The notes beneath the pieces were generated by a model that did no database searches, had not been told where the DNA came from, and worked only from the letters and a program-made list of their open reading frames with translations. 64,000 nt of DNA from Eledone cirrhosa (Eukaryota): positions 27,032,001-27,096,000 of the forward strand of contig OZ024759.1 of NCBI GenBank assembly GCA_964016885.1, given 5' to 3'. Shown here in pieces: positions 23,901 through 37,637 of this stretch. Made by a program: the position numbers and the translations under genes. Every line of letters starts with the position of its first letter. The first letter of the stretch is position 1.

Positions 23901-26900
23901 GATCTCGCTCTCACTCTCTCTTCCTCTCTCTCTCTTGTTTCAACACTCTAATCCCTCACTTGTTTCATCTCTCTCTTATCCCTCACTTGTTTCATCTCTC
24001 TCAGAATTATTAGCCACAGGGGCAGAGATATCCATAACATTACATGTCAGAATTATTAGCCACAGGGGCAGAGATGTCCATAACATTACATGACAGATTT
24101 ATTAGCCACAGGGGCGGAGATGTCCATAACATTACATGACGAATTTATTAGCCACAGGGGCAGAGATGTCCATAACATTACATGACAGAATTATTAGCCA
24201 CAGGGGCAGAGATGTCCATAACATTACATGACAGAATTATTTGCCACAGGGGCAGAGATGTACATAACATTACATGACAATTATTAGCCCCAAGGGCAGA
24301 TATGTCCATAACATTACATGACAATTATTAGCCCCAAGGGCAGATATGTCCATAACATTACATGACAGACTTTCATCTCGCGCTCTCTCTCTTCCTCTCT
24401 CTCGTTTCATCTCGCTCTCTCTCTCTCGTTTCATCTCGCTCTCTCTCTCTCTCGTTTCATCTCGCGCTCTCTCTCTTCCTCTCTCTCGTTTCATCTCGCT
24501 CTCTCTCTCTCTCGTTTCATATCTCTCTTCCTCTCTCTCGTTCCATCTCTCTATTCCTCTCTCTCTCGTTTCATCTAGCTATCACTCTCTCGTTTCATCT
24601 CCCTCTATCTCTCTCTCGCTCTCACGTTTCATCTCTCCCTCCCTCTCATTTCATCTCGCTCTCTCTCTCCGGTTTCATCTCGCTCTCTCTCTCTCCTGTT
24701 TCATCTTGCTCTCTACTCTCGTTTCCTCTCTCTCGTTTCCTCTCTCTCGTTTCCTCTCTCTCGTTTCCTCTCTCTCTCATTTCCTCTCTCTCTTGTTTCA
24801 TCTAGCTCTCACTCTCTCGTTTCATCTCGCTCTCTCTGACTCGTTCCATCTCGCTCTCACTCTCTCGTTTCATCTCGCTCTCTCTCTCTCATTTCATCTC
24901 GCTCTCTCTCTCTCATTTCATCTCGATCTCTATGTCTCGTTTCATCCCGCTCTCTCTGTCTCGTTTCATCTCGCTCTCTCTCTCTCATTTCATCTCGCTC
25001 TCTCTCTCTCATTTCATCTCGCTCTCTCTCTCTCTCTCGTTTCATCTCACTCTCAATCTCTCATTTCATCTCGCTCTCTCTCTCTCATTTCATCTCGCGC
25101 TCTCTCTCTTCCTCTCTCTCGTTTCATCTCGCGCTCTCTCTCTTCCTCTCTCTCATTTCATCTCGCTCTCTCTCTCTCGTTTCATCTTGCGCTCTCTCTC
25201 TTCCTCTCTCGTTTCATCTCGCTCTCTCTCTCTCATTTCATCTCGATCTCTCTGTCTCGTTTCATCCCGCTCTCTCTGTCTCGTTTCATCTCGCTCTCTC
25301 TCTCTCATTTCATCTCGCTCTCTCTCTCTCATTTCATCTCGCGCTCTCTCTCTTCCTCTCTCTCGTTTCATCTCGCGCTCTCTCTCTTCCTCTCTCTCGT
25401 TTCATCTCGCTCTCTCTCTCTCTCTCGTTTCATCTTGCGCTCTCTCTCTTCCTCTCTCTCGTTTCATCTCGATCTCTCTCTGTCTCGTTTCATCTCTGTC
25501 TTCCTCTCGCTCGTTCCATCTCTCTCTTCCTCTCTCTCGTTCCATCTCTCTCTTCCTCTCTCTCGTTTCATCTCTCTCTCTCGTTTCATCTCTGTCTTCC
25601 TCTCTCTCGTTCCATCTCCCTCTTCCTCTCTCTCGTTACATCTCTCTCTTCCTCTCTCTCGTTTCATCTCTCTCTCTCGTTTCATCTCTATCTCCCGCGT
25701 TTCATCTGTCTCTCTCTCTGTCGTTTCATCTCCCTCTATCTCTCTCTCGCTCTCTCGTTTCATCTCTCTCTCCCTCTCGTTTCATCTCGCTCTCTCTCTC
25801 CTGTTTCATCTCGCTCTCTCTCTCCTGTTTCATCTCGCTCTCTACTCTCGTTTCCTCTCTCTCGTTTCGTCTCTCTCGTTTCCTCTCTCTCTCGTTTCAT
25901 CTAGCTCTCCCACTCTCGTTTCATCTCGCTCTCTCTGTCTCGTTCCATCTCGCTCTCACTCTCTCGTTTCATCTCGCTCTCTCTCTCTCATTTCATCTCG
26001 CTCTCTCTCTCTCATTTCATCTCGCGCTCTCTCTCTCGTTTCATCTCGCTCTCTCTGTCTCGTTTCATCTCGCTCTCGCTCTCTCTGTCTCGTTTCATCC
26101 CGCTCTCTCTCTCTCATTTCATCTCGCTCTCTCTCTCTCTCATTTCATCTCGCTCTCTCTCTCTCTCTCGTTTCATCTCGCTCTCACTCTCTCATTTCAT
26201 CTCGCTCTCTCTCGTTTGATTTCGCTCTCACTCTCTCTTCCTCTCTCTCTCTTGTTTCAACACTCTAATCCCTCACTTGTTTCATCTCTCTCAGAATTAT
26301 TAGCCACAGGGGCAGAGATGTCCATAACATTACATGTCAGAATTATTAGCCACAGGGGCAGAGATGTCCATAACATTACATGACAGATTTATTAGCCACA
26401 GGGGCAGAGATGTCCATAACATTACATGACGAATTTATTAGCCACAGGGGCAGAGATGTCCATAACATTACATGTCAGAATTATTAGCTACAGGGGCAGA
26501 GATGTCCATAACATTACATGTCAGAATTATTAGCCACAGGGGCAGAGATGTCCATAACATTACATGACAGATTTATTAGCCACAGGGGCAGAGATGTCCG
26601 TAACATTAAATGACAGATTTATTAGCCACAGGGGCAGAGATTCCATAACATTACATGTCAGAATTATTAGCCACAGGGGCAGAGATTTCCATAACATTAC
26701 ATGACAGAATTATTAGCCACAGGGGCAGAGATGTCCATAACATTACATGACAGAATTATTAGCCACAGGGGCAGAGATGTCCATAACATTACATGACAAT
26801 TATTAGCCCCAGGGGCAGATATGTCCATGACAGAGTTTCATCTCTCGCTCTCTCTCTTCCTCTCTCTCGTTTCATCTCGCTCTCTCTCTCGTTTCATCTC

Positions 26901-28070
26901 GCTCTCTCTCTCTCTCGTTTCACCTCTGTCTTCTTCTCTCTCGTTTCATCTCTCTCTTCCTCTCTCTCGTTCTATCTCTCTCTTCCTCTCTCTCGTTTCA
27001 TCTCTCTCTCTCGTTTCATCTCTATATCCCTCGTTTCATCTGTCTCTCTCTCTGTCGTTTCATTTCCCTCTATCTCTCTCTCGCTCTCTCGTTTCATCTC
27101 TCTCTCCCTCTCGTTTCATCTCGCTCTCTCTCTCCTGTTTCATCTCGATCTCTCTCTCCTGTTTCATCTCGCTCTCTACTCACGTTTCCTCTCTCTCGTT
27201 TCCTCTCTTTCTCGTTTCATCTCTCTCTCGTTTCATCTCTCTATGTCTCATTTCATCTCGCTCTCTCTCTCTCTCATTTCATCTCGTTCTCTCTCTCTCT
27301 CATTTCATCTCGCTCTCACTCTCTCGTTTCATCTCGCTCTCTCACTCTCGTTTCATCTCGCACTCTCTCTCTCGTTTCATCTCTCTCTCTCTCTCTCTCT
27401 CATTTCATCTCGCTCTCTGTCTCGTGTCATCTCGCTCTCTCTGTCTCTCGTTTCATCTCGCTCTCACTCTCTCGTTTCATCTCACTCTAACTCTCTCATT
27501 TCATCTCGCTCTCCCTGTCTCGTTTCATCTCGCTCCCACTCTCTCATTTCATCTCACTCTCTTTCTCTCATTTCATCTCGCTCTCTCGCTCTTGTTTCAA
27601 CACTCTAATCCCTCACTTGTTTCATCTCTCTCTAATCCCTCACTTGTTTCATCTCTCTCTTGTTTCAATTCTTTCTCTCTCTCTCTCTCTCACTCTCTCT
27701 CTTTCTCTCTCTCTCTTTCTATCCCCTCTCTCTTTCTCTCCCCTCTCTCTGTTGTTTCATCCCTCACCCTCTTGTTTCATCCCCTTCTCTCCCTCTCTCT
27801 CTCTTCCCCTCTATCTCTATTCCTCTCTCTCATCCCCTCTCTCTCTCTTCCTCTCTCTCTCTCTCTTCCTCTCTCCCCTCACCCTCTTGTTTCAACTCTC
27901 TCCTCGTTTCAACTCTCTCCTCGTTTCAACTCTCTCCTCGTTTCAACTCTCTCCTCGTTTCAACTCTCTCTCTCTCCTCTCGTTTCAACTCTCTCTCTCT
28001 CCTCGTGTTTCAACCATCTCCTCTCTTGTTTCAACTCTCTCACCTCTCGTTTCAACTCTCTCTCTCTCTG
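20958..28070 (+). repeat. Higher-order satellite, forward orientation: 46-bp arrays alternating with four CT blocks
   Basis: Arrays at ~20958, 22040, 24002, 26292; CT blocks at ~21372, 22407, 24369, 26833; internal 1962-bp duplication (ORFs 21937/23899 and 22308/24270). Confidence 0.95.
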
Positions 28071-28997
28071 TGTCTCCAATGTGTATACCGATATATATAC
28101 CGAAGAATGTACATAAACACACATGCATACACGCATGTGTATATATATATACATACATGTGTCTCTCTCTCTCCCTATATATATGTACATATGTGTAAAT
28201 ATGTACATACATATTAGTGTATATATATTGCTATCTATATGCATATTTGTATTAATTATACTGTATGGTGAATTGGCAGTATCGGTAGAGGGTCTGACGC
28301 CATGCTTTCCAGCATAGTTACGTCCCTTTACGATCCGAGGTCAACTTTGCCTTTCATCCTTACGGGGTCGATAAAATAAAGTACCAGTAATGTACTGGTT
28401 AATTACTGACCTTGTGCCTAAAATAGAAACAATTATTAGTTCAAAGAGAAACCACCATCATAGAGAAACCACCGTCCTACCTGAAATATTATGTTATCAT
28501 ATTAAATATTTCTTATACTGTCATGTTTTTTCTTTAAAACGATTGCATTTCAATAAAGTGAAGAAAACTATTATATACTGTTGTTATATCATTATACTTT
28601 AGTTTTAACTTATTATTTCTATGTGTATAAATATAATGTATGTAAGTGTGTTTGAAAATATATAATAATAATATGCATGTTTGAAGCAGGGTTCAACTGA
28701 AATATCTACACCGGTAACTTAATTAGTGTTACACCTTAGGCATAAACTATTTGGCATTCTTTGAAGGAGGTACTAGGTTTTTCACTGTCTTAAATGGAGT
28801 ATACACGCGCACACAATGCATATATATAAATTGTTTTTCTCTGTACAAAGAGATTGACATCATTTCTTAAATCATTATTTAGGGTTTTACAACAAAACAT
28901 ATTGTATGTGTAATTATACAAATTGAATTTAAGTATTTATTTTAAAATTTTACATACACTTTAGTAGTATATATATATATATATATATATTCATTTG

Positions 28998-29740
28998 TGA
29001 TGCCATGCATTGTATTGTACACTTCGACATATGAATTACGTTCATGCAACACTTCTCTTATCATAGCCATTTTTTGTGGTGAGCAGTCATTATTTGTTGG
29101 TACTAGGGCAGTGGATTGGCAGTATCGGTAGAGCGCCAGACACCATGCTTTACAGCATAGGGTTATGGCCATTTACGTTCTGGGTTCAAATCCCTCCAAG
29201 GTTGACTTTGTTTTCATCCTTATGAGGTCGATAGAATAAAGTACCAGTAATTGCTGGCCTTGTGCCAGAAACAATTATTTGGTTGTACTTCCAATCTGTG
29301 CTACACACCTTCGTTCCCATCAATAATATATAACTGGCCATATTGTGGTGTATTTTCTGCAGGTTACAGAGATGGGGGTGTAGTGATATGTTTGACCCTG
29401 AATATGAAAGCTATACGGGCCTCTGCCGGGTGGTAACACCAAATGAAGTGAAATAAATGTAGTTTTAATTGCAGATGTTTCTGTGAAATCAACTGCTTCC
29501 TGGCCTCTTTCAAAGAGATTTCTCAGTCTCTCAGGGTATATTTGCAATGGTGGCAACACAACCTTTCCTTTATTACAACAGTTACAATTTTCATTTCTAA
29601 ATTTCAAAGCTCCACAGTGATCACACGAAACATTCATATCACTAATATGAAATTCTTCTACATTTCCATTAATATTAATTGTTGGCCAATTTCTCTTACA
29701 ACGCTCATTATCCATTCTTCTCTGTCTGAATGTTTTCCAT
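28998..29740 (-). pseudogene. Helitron Rep/Hel N-terminal fragment
   Basis: ORF 29320..29715 is identical to 2557..2952; its Rep/helicase half is absent because satellite lies upstream instead. Confidence 0.9.
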
Positions 29741-31330
29741 TCTGTTGTTTATTATGTAATTAAATAGCTCTGTACAATACATAGAGCATTCTTCTTTTCC
29801 TTACCTTTTCTATGGAAATACAAGAACAAACATGTAAATATATATATATATGTATATACATAAACAAGACTGTTATTGCTCCAACCAGTCTATTTACCTT
29901 TGATAACTATCCTAAATATAAATACACCTATACCATACATACATATATCATATATGTTTTTGATGCCGTGGTATAGCAGAGATAAGCAAGAAGAGAAAAG
30001 AAAATGAAAAGGAGAAAAAAAAAGAAGTAAGAAGTCGGGGGAGGGACAGACACTTCACCCCAGTCTAAGTGGTCCCTCAGCCGCAACCTGTGGAAGAAAC
30101 TTAAAAGCGTTACCTCGGAGCAAGGCCAGAGACACCTGCTACAATAGTCGCCCCTCCTCATGAGGCTCCTGTCATCTTTCCTCCCGACTTTATGGAGGAA
30201 ATCAGCAGTACAGGGACCAAGTATGGCAGAGGTCTCAATGGAGTGGAAGAGGTGAGTCAGGCCTTGGTACTATCTTACTATCCTCTGCATTGCGGGGTGT
30301 GGAGCCTAGGTTTGTGGCTGTAGCTATATTTGAACTTTTATATGAAATTTCAGTTTTATATTTTTCACATCATAAAACTTAATCTTAGTCTTTTGCAGCT
30401 CATCTTGTTTCATCTCGCAGCACACGATTTGGGAACCACTGCTCTAGAGATAGAAAAAGTATATTTTATGCAGGGCTTCCCTGAGACATAAAAACTATTT
30501 CAAGAGATCGACATGGGTAGAAAGGTTGAGAAATGCTGCACAATGTTCTTTGGTTTTTGTTCACCTTTAAATAATCATGTATAAAATATCGGGTGTGCAA
30601 GATTTCATGAAAAGGTATAACATTTTTTATGCTGGTCTTGCAGGGACTAGCTCCAATTGAGAGTTGTACCAATTCCCACTAAACTCGAAACTCCTGGACA
30701 ATATATACATATCTTTATAAGTTCCTGTGTATTGTGTCGCTGTATAATGAAACATAAATATATACCATGCATGTCAGTCAGATTTGAACTCACTATATTT
30801 GGCGTTTTATAGACATAATTTGTTTGTTAAAACAATTGATTAAATAATAACTAAATAAAATTAATTCTACAATCCTGGATAGGGAATGAACTTATAACTT
30901 CATAATAGAAGCCATCTATTCGAGCAGTATTGCCATCTAAGCCACCAGGTTACCTACAGAACTTCATTCAAATATAAAATATAAAATATATGCCAGACAT
31001 AGTGAGTTCGAATCTGACTGATTAGTTGGTCATTGTCCCAGCCAACAGTTTAAATCGCCAACCAGTAGGTGACATCGACTAGGTTGGGAAAACTTGGTTA
31101 AGTAGCTCCAGTTATTGCTACGTTAGACATATTCAAGACTTATCGACACCGAATGGAAGAAAGGTAAAGTTGAACTCAGAGTAAAGAACAGGAAAAATAC
31201 TGCAAAGAATGCTATCTGATGTTCTAACAATTCTACCAAATTACCTTATGTATATATATTTATATCTAGAGATAAGAAGAAAACTGAAAGAAAGAAAAGA
31301 AAAAAAATGAGACCTTATATGTAACCCATG

Positions 31331-32037
31331 TTACAACTCAATATATATATATTTGGGTTGTAACATATTCCCGCCGGTGAAATAAAAATTTTAATAGAAA
31401 AACGGCGGGAATATATGTTACAACCCAATCTATATATATTTGGGATGTAACATATATTCCCGCCGTTGAAATAAAAATTTTAATAGAAAAACGGCGGGAA
31501 TATATGTTGCAACCCAATCTATATATATTTGGGTTGTAACATATATTCCCGCCGTTGAAATAAAAATTTTAATAGAAATACGGCGGGAATATATGTTACA
31601 ACCCAATCTATATATGTTTGGGTTGTAACATATATTCCCGCCGTTTTTCTATTAAAATTTTTATTTCAACGGCGGGAATATATGTTACAACCCAAATATT
31701 TATAGATAGGGTTGTAACATATATTCCCGCCGTTTTTCTATTAAAATTTTTATTTCGACAGCGGGAATATGTTACAACCCAAATATATATAGATTGGGTT
31801 GTAACATATATTCCCGCCGTTTTTCTATTAAAATTTTTATTTCAACGGCGGGAATATATGTTACAACTCAAATATATATAGATTGGGTTGTAACATATAT
31901 TCCCGCCGTTTTTCTATTAAAATATTTATTTCAACGGCGGGAATATATGTTACAACCCAAAAATATGTAGATTGGGTTGTAACATATATTCTCGCCGTTT
32001 TTCTATTAAAATTTTTATTTCACCGGCGGGAATATAT
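31331..32037. repeat. Second 89-bp hairpin array (about 8 units)
   Basis: Same units and junctions as 4568-5541; the offset drops by 267 bp (3 x 89) across it. Confidence 0.95.
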
Positions 32038-32459
32038 ACCCTGAGAGACTGAGAAATCTCTTTCAAAGAGATTTCTCAGTCTCTCAGGGTATATTTGCAA
32101 TGGTGGCAACACAACCTTTCCTTTTTTACAACAGTTACAATTTTCATTTCTAAATTTCAAAGCTCCACAGTGATCACACGAAACATTCATATCACTAATA
32201 TGAAATTTTTCTACATTTCCATTAATATTAATTGTTGGCCAATTTCTCTTACGACGCTCATTATCGATTCTTCTCTGTCTGAATGTTTTCCATTCTAAGT
32301 CTATTTGCATGGAATAATTATATTCTGTTGTTTATTATGTAATTAAATAGCTCTGTACAATACATAGAGCATTCTTCTTTTCTTTACCTTTTCTATGGAA
32401 ATACAAGAACAAACATATATATATATATAAGAACAAACATATATATATATATAAGAACA

Positions 32460-32516
<57 letters not shown>

Positions 32517-35500
32517 ATATACATAAACAAGACTGTTATTGCTCCAACCAGTCTATTTATCTTTGATAACTATCCTAGATATAAATACACCTATACCATA
32601 CATACATATATCATATATGTTTTTGATGCCGTGGTATAGCAGAGATAAGCAAGAAGAGAAAAGAAAATGAAAAGGAGAAAAAAAAAGAAGTAAGAAGTCG
32701 GGGGAGGGACAGACACTTCACCCCAGTCTAAGTGGTCCCTCAGCCGCAACCTGTGGAAGAAACGTAAAAGCGTTACCTCAGAGCAAGGCCAGAGACACCT
32801 GCAACAATAGTCGCCCCTCCTCATGAGGCTCCTGTCGTCTTTCCTCCCGACTTTATGAAGGAAATCAGCAGTACAGGGACCAAGTATGGCAGAGGTCTCA
32901 ATGGAGTGGAAGAGGTGAGTCAGGCCTTGGTACTATCTTACTATCCTCTGCATTGCGGGGTGTGGAGCCTAGGTTTGTGGCTGTAGCTATATTTGAACTT
33001 TTATATGAAATTTCAGTTTTATTTTTTTCACATCATAAAACTTAATCTTAGTCTTTTGCAGCTCATCTTGTTTCATCTCGCAGCACACGATTTGGGAACC
33101 ACTGCTCTAGAGATAGAAAAAGTATATTTTATGCAGGACTTCCCTGAGACATAAAAACTATTTCCAGAGATCGACATGGGTAGAAAGGTTGAGAAATGCT
33201 GCACAATGTTCTTTGGTTTTTGTTCACCTTTAAATAATCATGTATAAAATATCGGGTGTGCAAGATTTCATGAAAAGGTATAACATTATTTATGCTGATC
33301 TTGCAGGGACTAGCTCCAATTGAGAGTTGTACCAATTCCCACTAAACTCGAAACTCCTGGACAATATATACATATCTTTATAAGTTCCTGTGTATTGTGT
33401 CGTTGTATAATGAAACATAAATACATACCATGCATGTCAGTCAGATTTGAACTCACTATATTTGGCGTTTTATAGATATAATTTGTTTGTTAAAACAATT
33501 GATTAAATAATAACTAAATAAAATTAATTCTACAATCCTGGATAGGGAATGAACTTATAACTTCATAATAGAAGCCATCTATTCGAGCAGTATTGCCATC
33601 TAAGCCACCAGGTTACTTACAGAACTTCTTTCAAATATAAAATATAAAATATATGCCAGACATAGTGAGTTCGAATCTGACTGATTAGTTGGTCATTGTC
33701 CCAGCCAACAGTTTAAATCGCCAACCAGTAGGTGACATCGACTAGGTTGGGAAAACTTGGTTAAGTAGCTCCAGTTATTGCTACGTTAGACATATTCAAG
33801 ACTTATCGACACCGAATGGAAGAAAGGTAAAGTTGAACTCAGAGTAAAGAACTGGAAAAATACTGCAAAGAATTCTATCTGATGTTCTAACAATTCTACC
33901 AAATTACCTTATGTATATATATTTATATCTAGAGATAAGAAGAAAACTGAAAGAAAGAAAAATGAGACCTTATATGTAACCCATGACCGGGATTGAAACC
34001 GAAACCATGACTACCACCATCTCTGGTATCACCCACCAGACCACCATGAAAGATACAAACATCTGCTTTTTTAATATTTATAAGCCTACTTTCAATATTA
34101 AAGTAATTAACATGTGGTGTTGTTCATGCCTTTCTCTATGTTATTGGTAAAAAATAAAGTATTTAAACCTCAAATTTTGTTATTCAAATATGCTTGCTTA
34201 TGTAATTATAAATGTCGCAGAATACACACACATATATAGATGTGAAAATATTCAGGACCCCAACGGCTGTGCTACTGCCGTTTCGACATCTATATATATA
34301 TCTTTTAGTCCTAGGCTCTTTCAGCGCAGAAAGAATTCTCCAATGATCACAACCAGCTAATGGTGCCCAGTGGAAGCACTTTAGTCTAATTATAACCCCA
34401 ACGATCACGATTAGCGGCGGCTTTTTCGAGTCTGAGGTTGACTGCCAGATATATATATATATCTATATATATATATATTTTTTTTTATACTTTGCTAGAA
34501 TCCCGGAGAACAACAGAAAGATGCTGAGTTCAGAGTTTAAAAAACATGTCCCCCTTTAATATAAAAACAATCCGAGTCTTGTAAAAGTGTTATTACTGTA
34601 ATATAAAGTAGAAACCCTTTATTTAAACAAAGCTGAGATGCAGCGATCATCAAAGCAAACCCCAAAATGTAAACAAACTTCTCGCAGGTGCTGGCAGATA
34701 CACGATAACATGTGTATACGAAGTGTAACAGGGAGTTGGGTCGTATTATATGACTTTCAAATTGACCCCTATTATATTCAAATTATCCCCTGTGGGGCGT
34801 GCACCCCACGTTGAGAATCCCTCATAAATAAATATATGTGAGTGTGTTGCTATGACTGCTATTTCTAGCAGGTTTACTGCAGTCCTGTAGACGCACAACA
34901 AAAACCGGAAGTGGCAGCCATTAAAAAACTTTGGCTTAAAATCAGGCAAAAGTTTTTTAACAATTTGCCAAGAAAGATAACTCTTGTCTTACTTAATCGC
35001 AAAAATCGAGGCAAAAAATGTTGCGGGTGTGCAGTTTGTTTGGTGTATTTGACTGCTATTTCTAGCATATATGGACACTTTAGAAATAGCAGCGAAACAC
35101 GGGAAACATAAGAAAGAAGGACACACACGTATATATGTATACATATATATATGCACAGATATATACATTTAAATATATATATTTATATATACATACACGC
35201 GCGCACACACACCTATACGTAGATATGGGTGTGTGTATAGCTGGTATATATATATATGTATGGGTGAGTGTATAGCTGGTATATATATATATATAGGTGT
35301 GTGTCCTTCTTTCTGCTGTTTTCCGTTTTTCGCTGCTATTTCTAAAGTGTCCATACATGCTAGAAATAGCAGTCAAATACACCAAACAAACTGCACCCCA
35401 CGTTGAGAATCCCTCATAAATAAACATATATTTATTTATGAGGGATTCTCAACGTGGGGTGCACGCCCCACAGGGGATAATTTGAATATCCCCCTCTTTA

Positions 35501-36302
35501 TATCAATTAGCACTAACTCTCTCCCTCTCTATATCTACTACACGGCACTCTCTTCCAATACCCCTCTCTATATGAAGTAACACCAAACTCTCCCCCTCTC
35601 TATATATTAAGCACTAAGTCAGGAATTTTTTTCTTCTTTCGTGCAGAGAGAGTAAAGTTGATTAAATCTACTGCAGTGAATTACTGGTATTTTATTTAAT
35701 AAAAATTAAAATTTACTATTTGTCTTCGTTTAATTTTCGTTTTTCTTTACATAGTTTCGTTTCGTTAAATGTCTCCAGAATTTGTTTTTACTTTTACCGG
35801 ATATTGAAGGTGTAAACTTGGTGTTGTCTAGAAACGTGTTAGAAATATTTTTCTTTTAATTGTGAAGAATTTAACCGCAAAGTAAGTTTTTTTTACTGTT
35901 TATTTGTGGCTGGGACAACGTATGGTATGTGTTAATGTAAATGGTGAAGGTTTAAAGATTCTTTTTACAACTGAAAATCGGTTTGTTGTTGCTGCTAATT
36001 ACTTAACGCATGGAATAGATTAAAAAAATACAGGATTGTTTCTCGGAAGAGAGGAAGAAGAAACAAATCACAGAAGCGGGTAGCACACACATTTGGGACC
36101 ACATACAACACAAAAACAGGTAATCCACACATCTGGGACCACATACAACACACCAGCAGGTAATACATACATCTAGGACCACATAAGCAGGTAATACACA
36201 CATCTAGGACCACATACAACACACAAGCAGGTAATACCCACATCTAGGACGACATACAACCAAAGGCAGGCGAAAGGGGTGGACAAACGAGCTGCTACTA
36301 GA

Positions 36303-36562
36303 TCAAAAGATAACAGTATCGCGAGGAGCACTGGGAAACCTCTCTAATGATTTTTTTAGGCAAACCAGCACGTCTGCAGCGTTACCTCGGGCGATGGCGA
36401 GGCTGAGGAGCTGGAACAACCAAGTGCCCTCACGAGCTTCACCAGTCACCTTCGTCAGGCTAGCCGCCAGTGAAGATAGGAATCTCGCAGTCAGTATCCC
36501 GACTCCCCCAAACGCCACAGGCTGGAAAATGTAGTTGGCCGACAGATCACAGTATTACTTAA
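36303..36562 (-). mobile_element. CRE-like endonuclease tail, copy 2
   Basis: ORF 36303..36518 contains LSLAIARGNAADVL. Confidence 0.85.
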
Positions 36563-37637
36563 CAGTGATAGATATTCTGTCTAAAGGAGGGGCGTGCAAC
36601 AGGCGGCCCGCGGGCCACAATCGAGCCCACCTGACCAGTCAGAGTGGCCCGCAATGACTCTTGTAGGCTTATTTAGAATTTTTTCCATACCCGTAATACT
36701 TCTGTTAGTTGACCTATACTAAAGGACTTCACTGATAGGGTTATATGTGTTATAATTTCCCAGTTGACCTATACTAAAGGACTTCACTGATAGGGTTATA
36801 TGTGTTATAGTTTCCCAGTTGACCTATACTAAAGGGCTTCACTGATAGAGTTATATGCGTTATAGTTTCCCAGAGGGCTTCACTGATAGGGTTATATGTG
36901 TTATAGTTTCCCAGTTGACCTATACTAAAGGACTTCACTGATAGGGTTATATGTGTTATAGTTTCCCAGTTGACCTATACTAAAGGACTTCACTGATAGG
37001 GTTATATGTGTTATCGTTTCCCAGTTGACCTATACTAAAGGGCTTCACTGATAGAGTTATATGTGTTATAGTTTGAAACAAACTACCTGCATCAGTTATT
37101 ATACTTTTATAACACCGCTATATTACCTACATGAAAGAGGTAAATATTTATTTCTCTTGTCTTCTTAAATGTATAGAACATTTTTCTTATATATATTCTT
37201 AACATAGCTAGGACCGTTTATTATTTACTAGTCTCTACTCCTAGGACTTTGCTGGTCTCATGTCCCCTCCATCAACACACACTCGGTAGAAAGCTGGTCG
37301 TCGGATGTAAAGTGGCCCTGATTACAGGTCTAGTATTGAAGCCTTTCGGCTTGAGCCTTGCTGATGCCGACAGAGTTCCTGTGGTAGTTTTGGTAGCACA
37401 GGTGACATTTTATTGTGTTTAGGTACCGGCTAGTGCGGACACAGAGAGCACAACCAGGTGGTGAGCTGGCAACGACCAAGTGTAGAGGGCCAGCTTTGAA
37501 ATTCGAGCGACGGAGTGAACTAGTAAAAGAGGCAGGGTAAGCAGCATTGGTTCTAACGGTGGGACTAGAACGGAGGTTGGGTGGTGCTGGGGGTGGGCTA
37601 ACAGCTAACAGTTGTAGGAGTGGTGGGGGTTTGCTAG

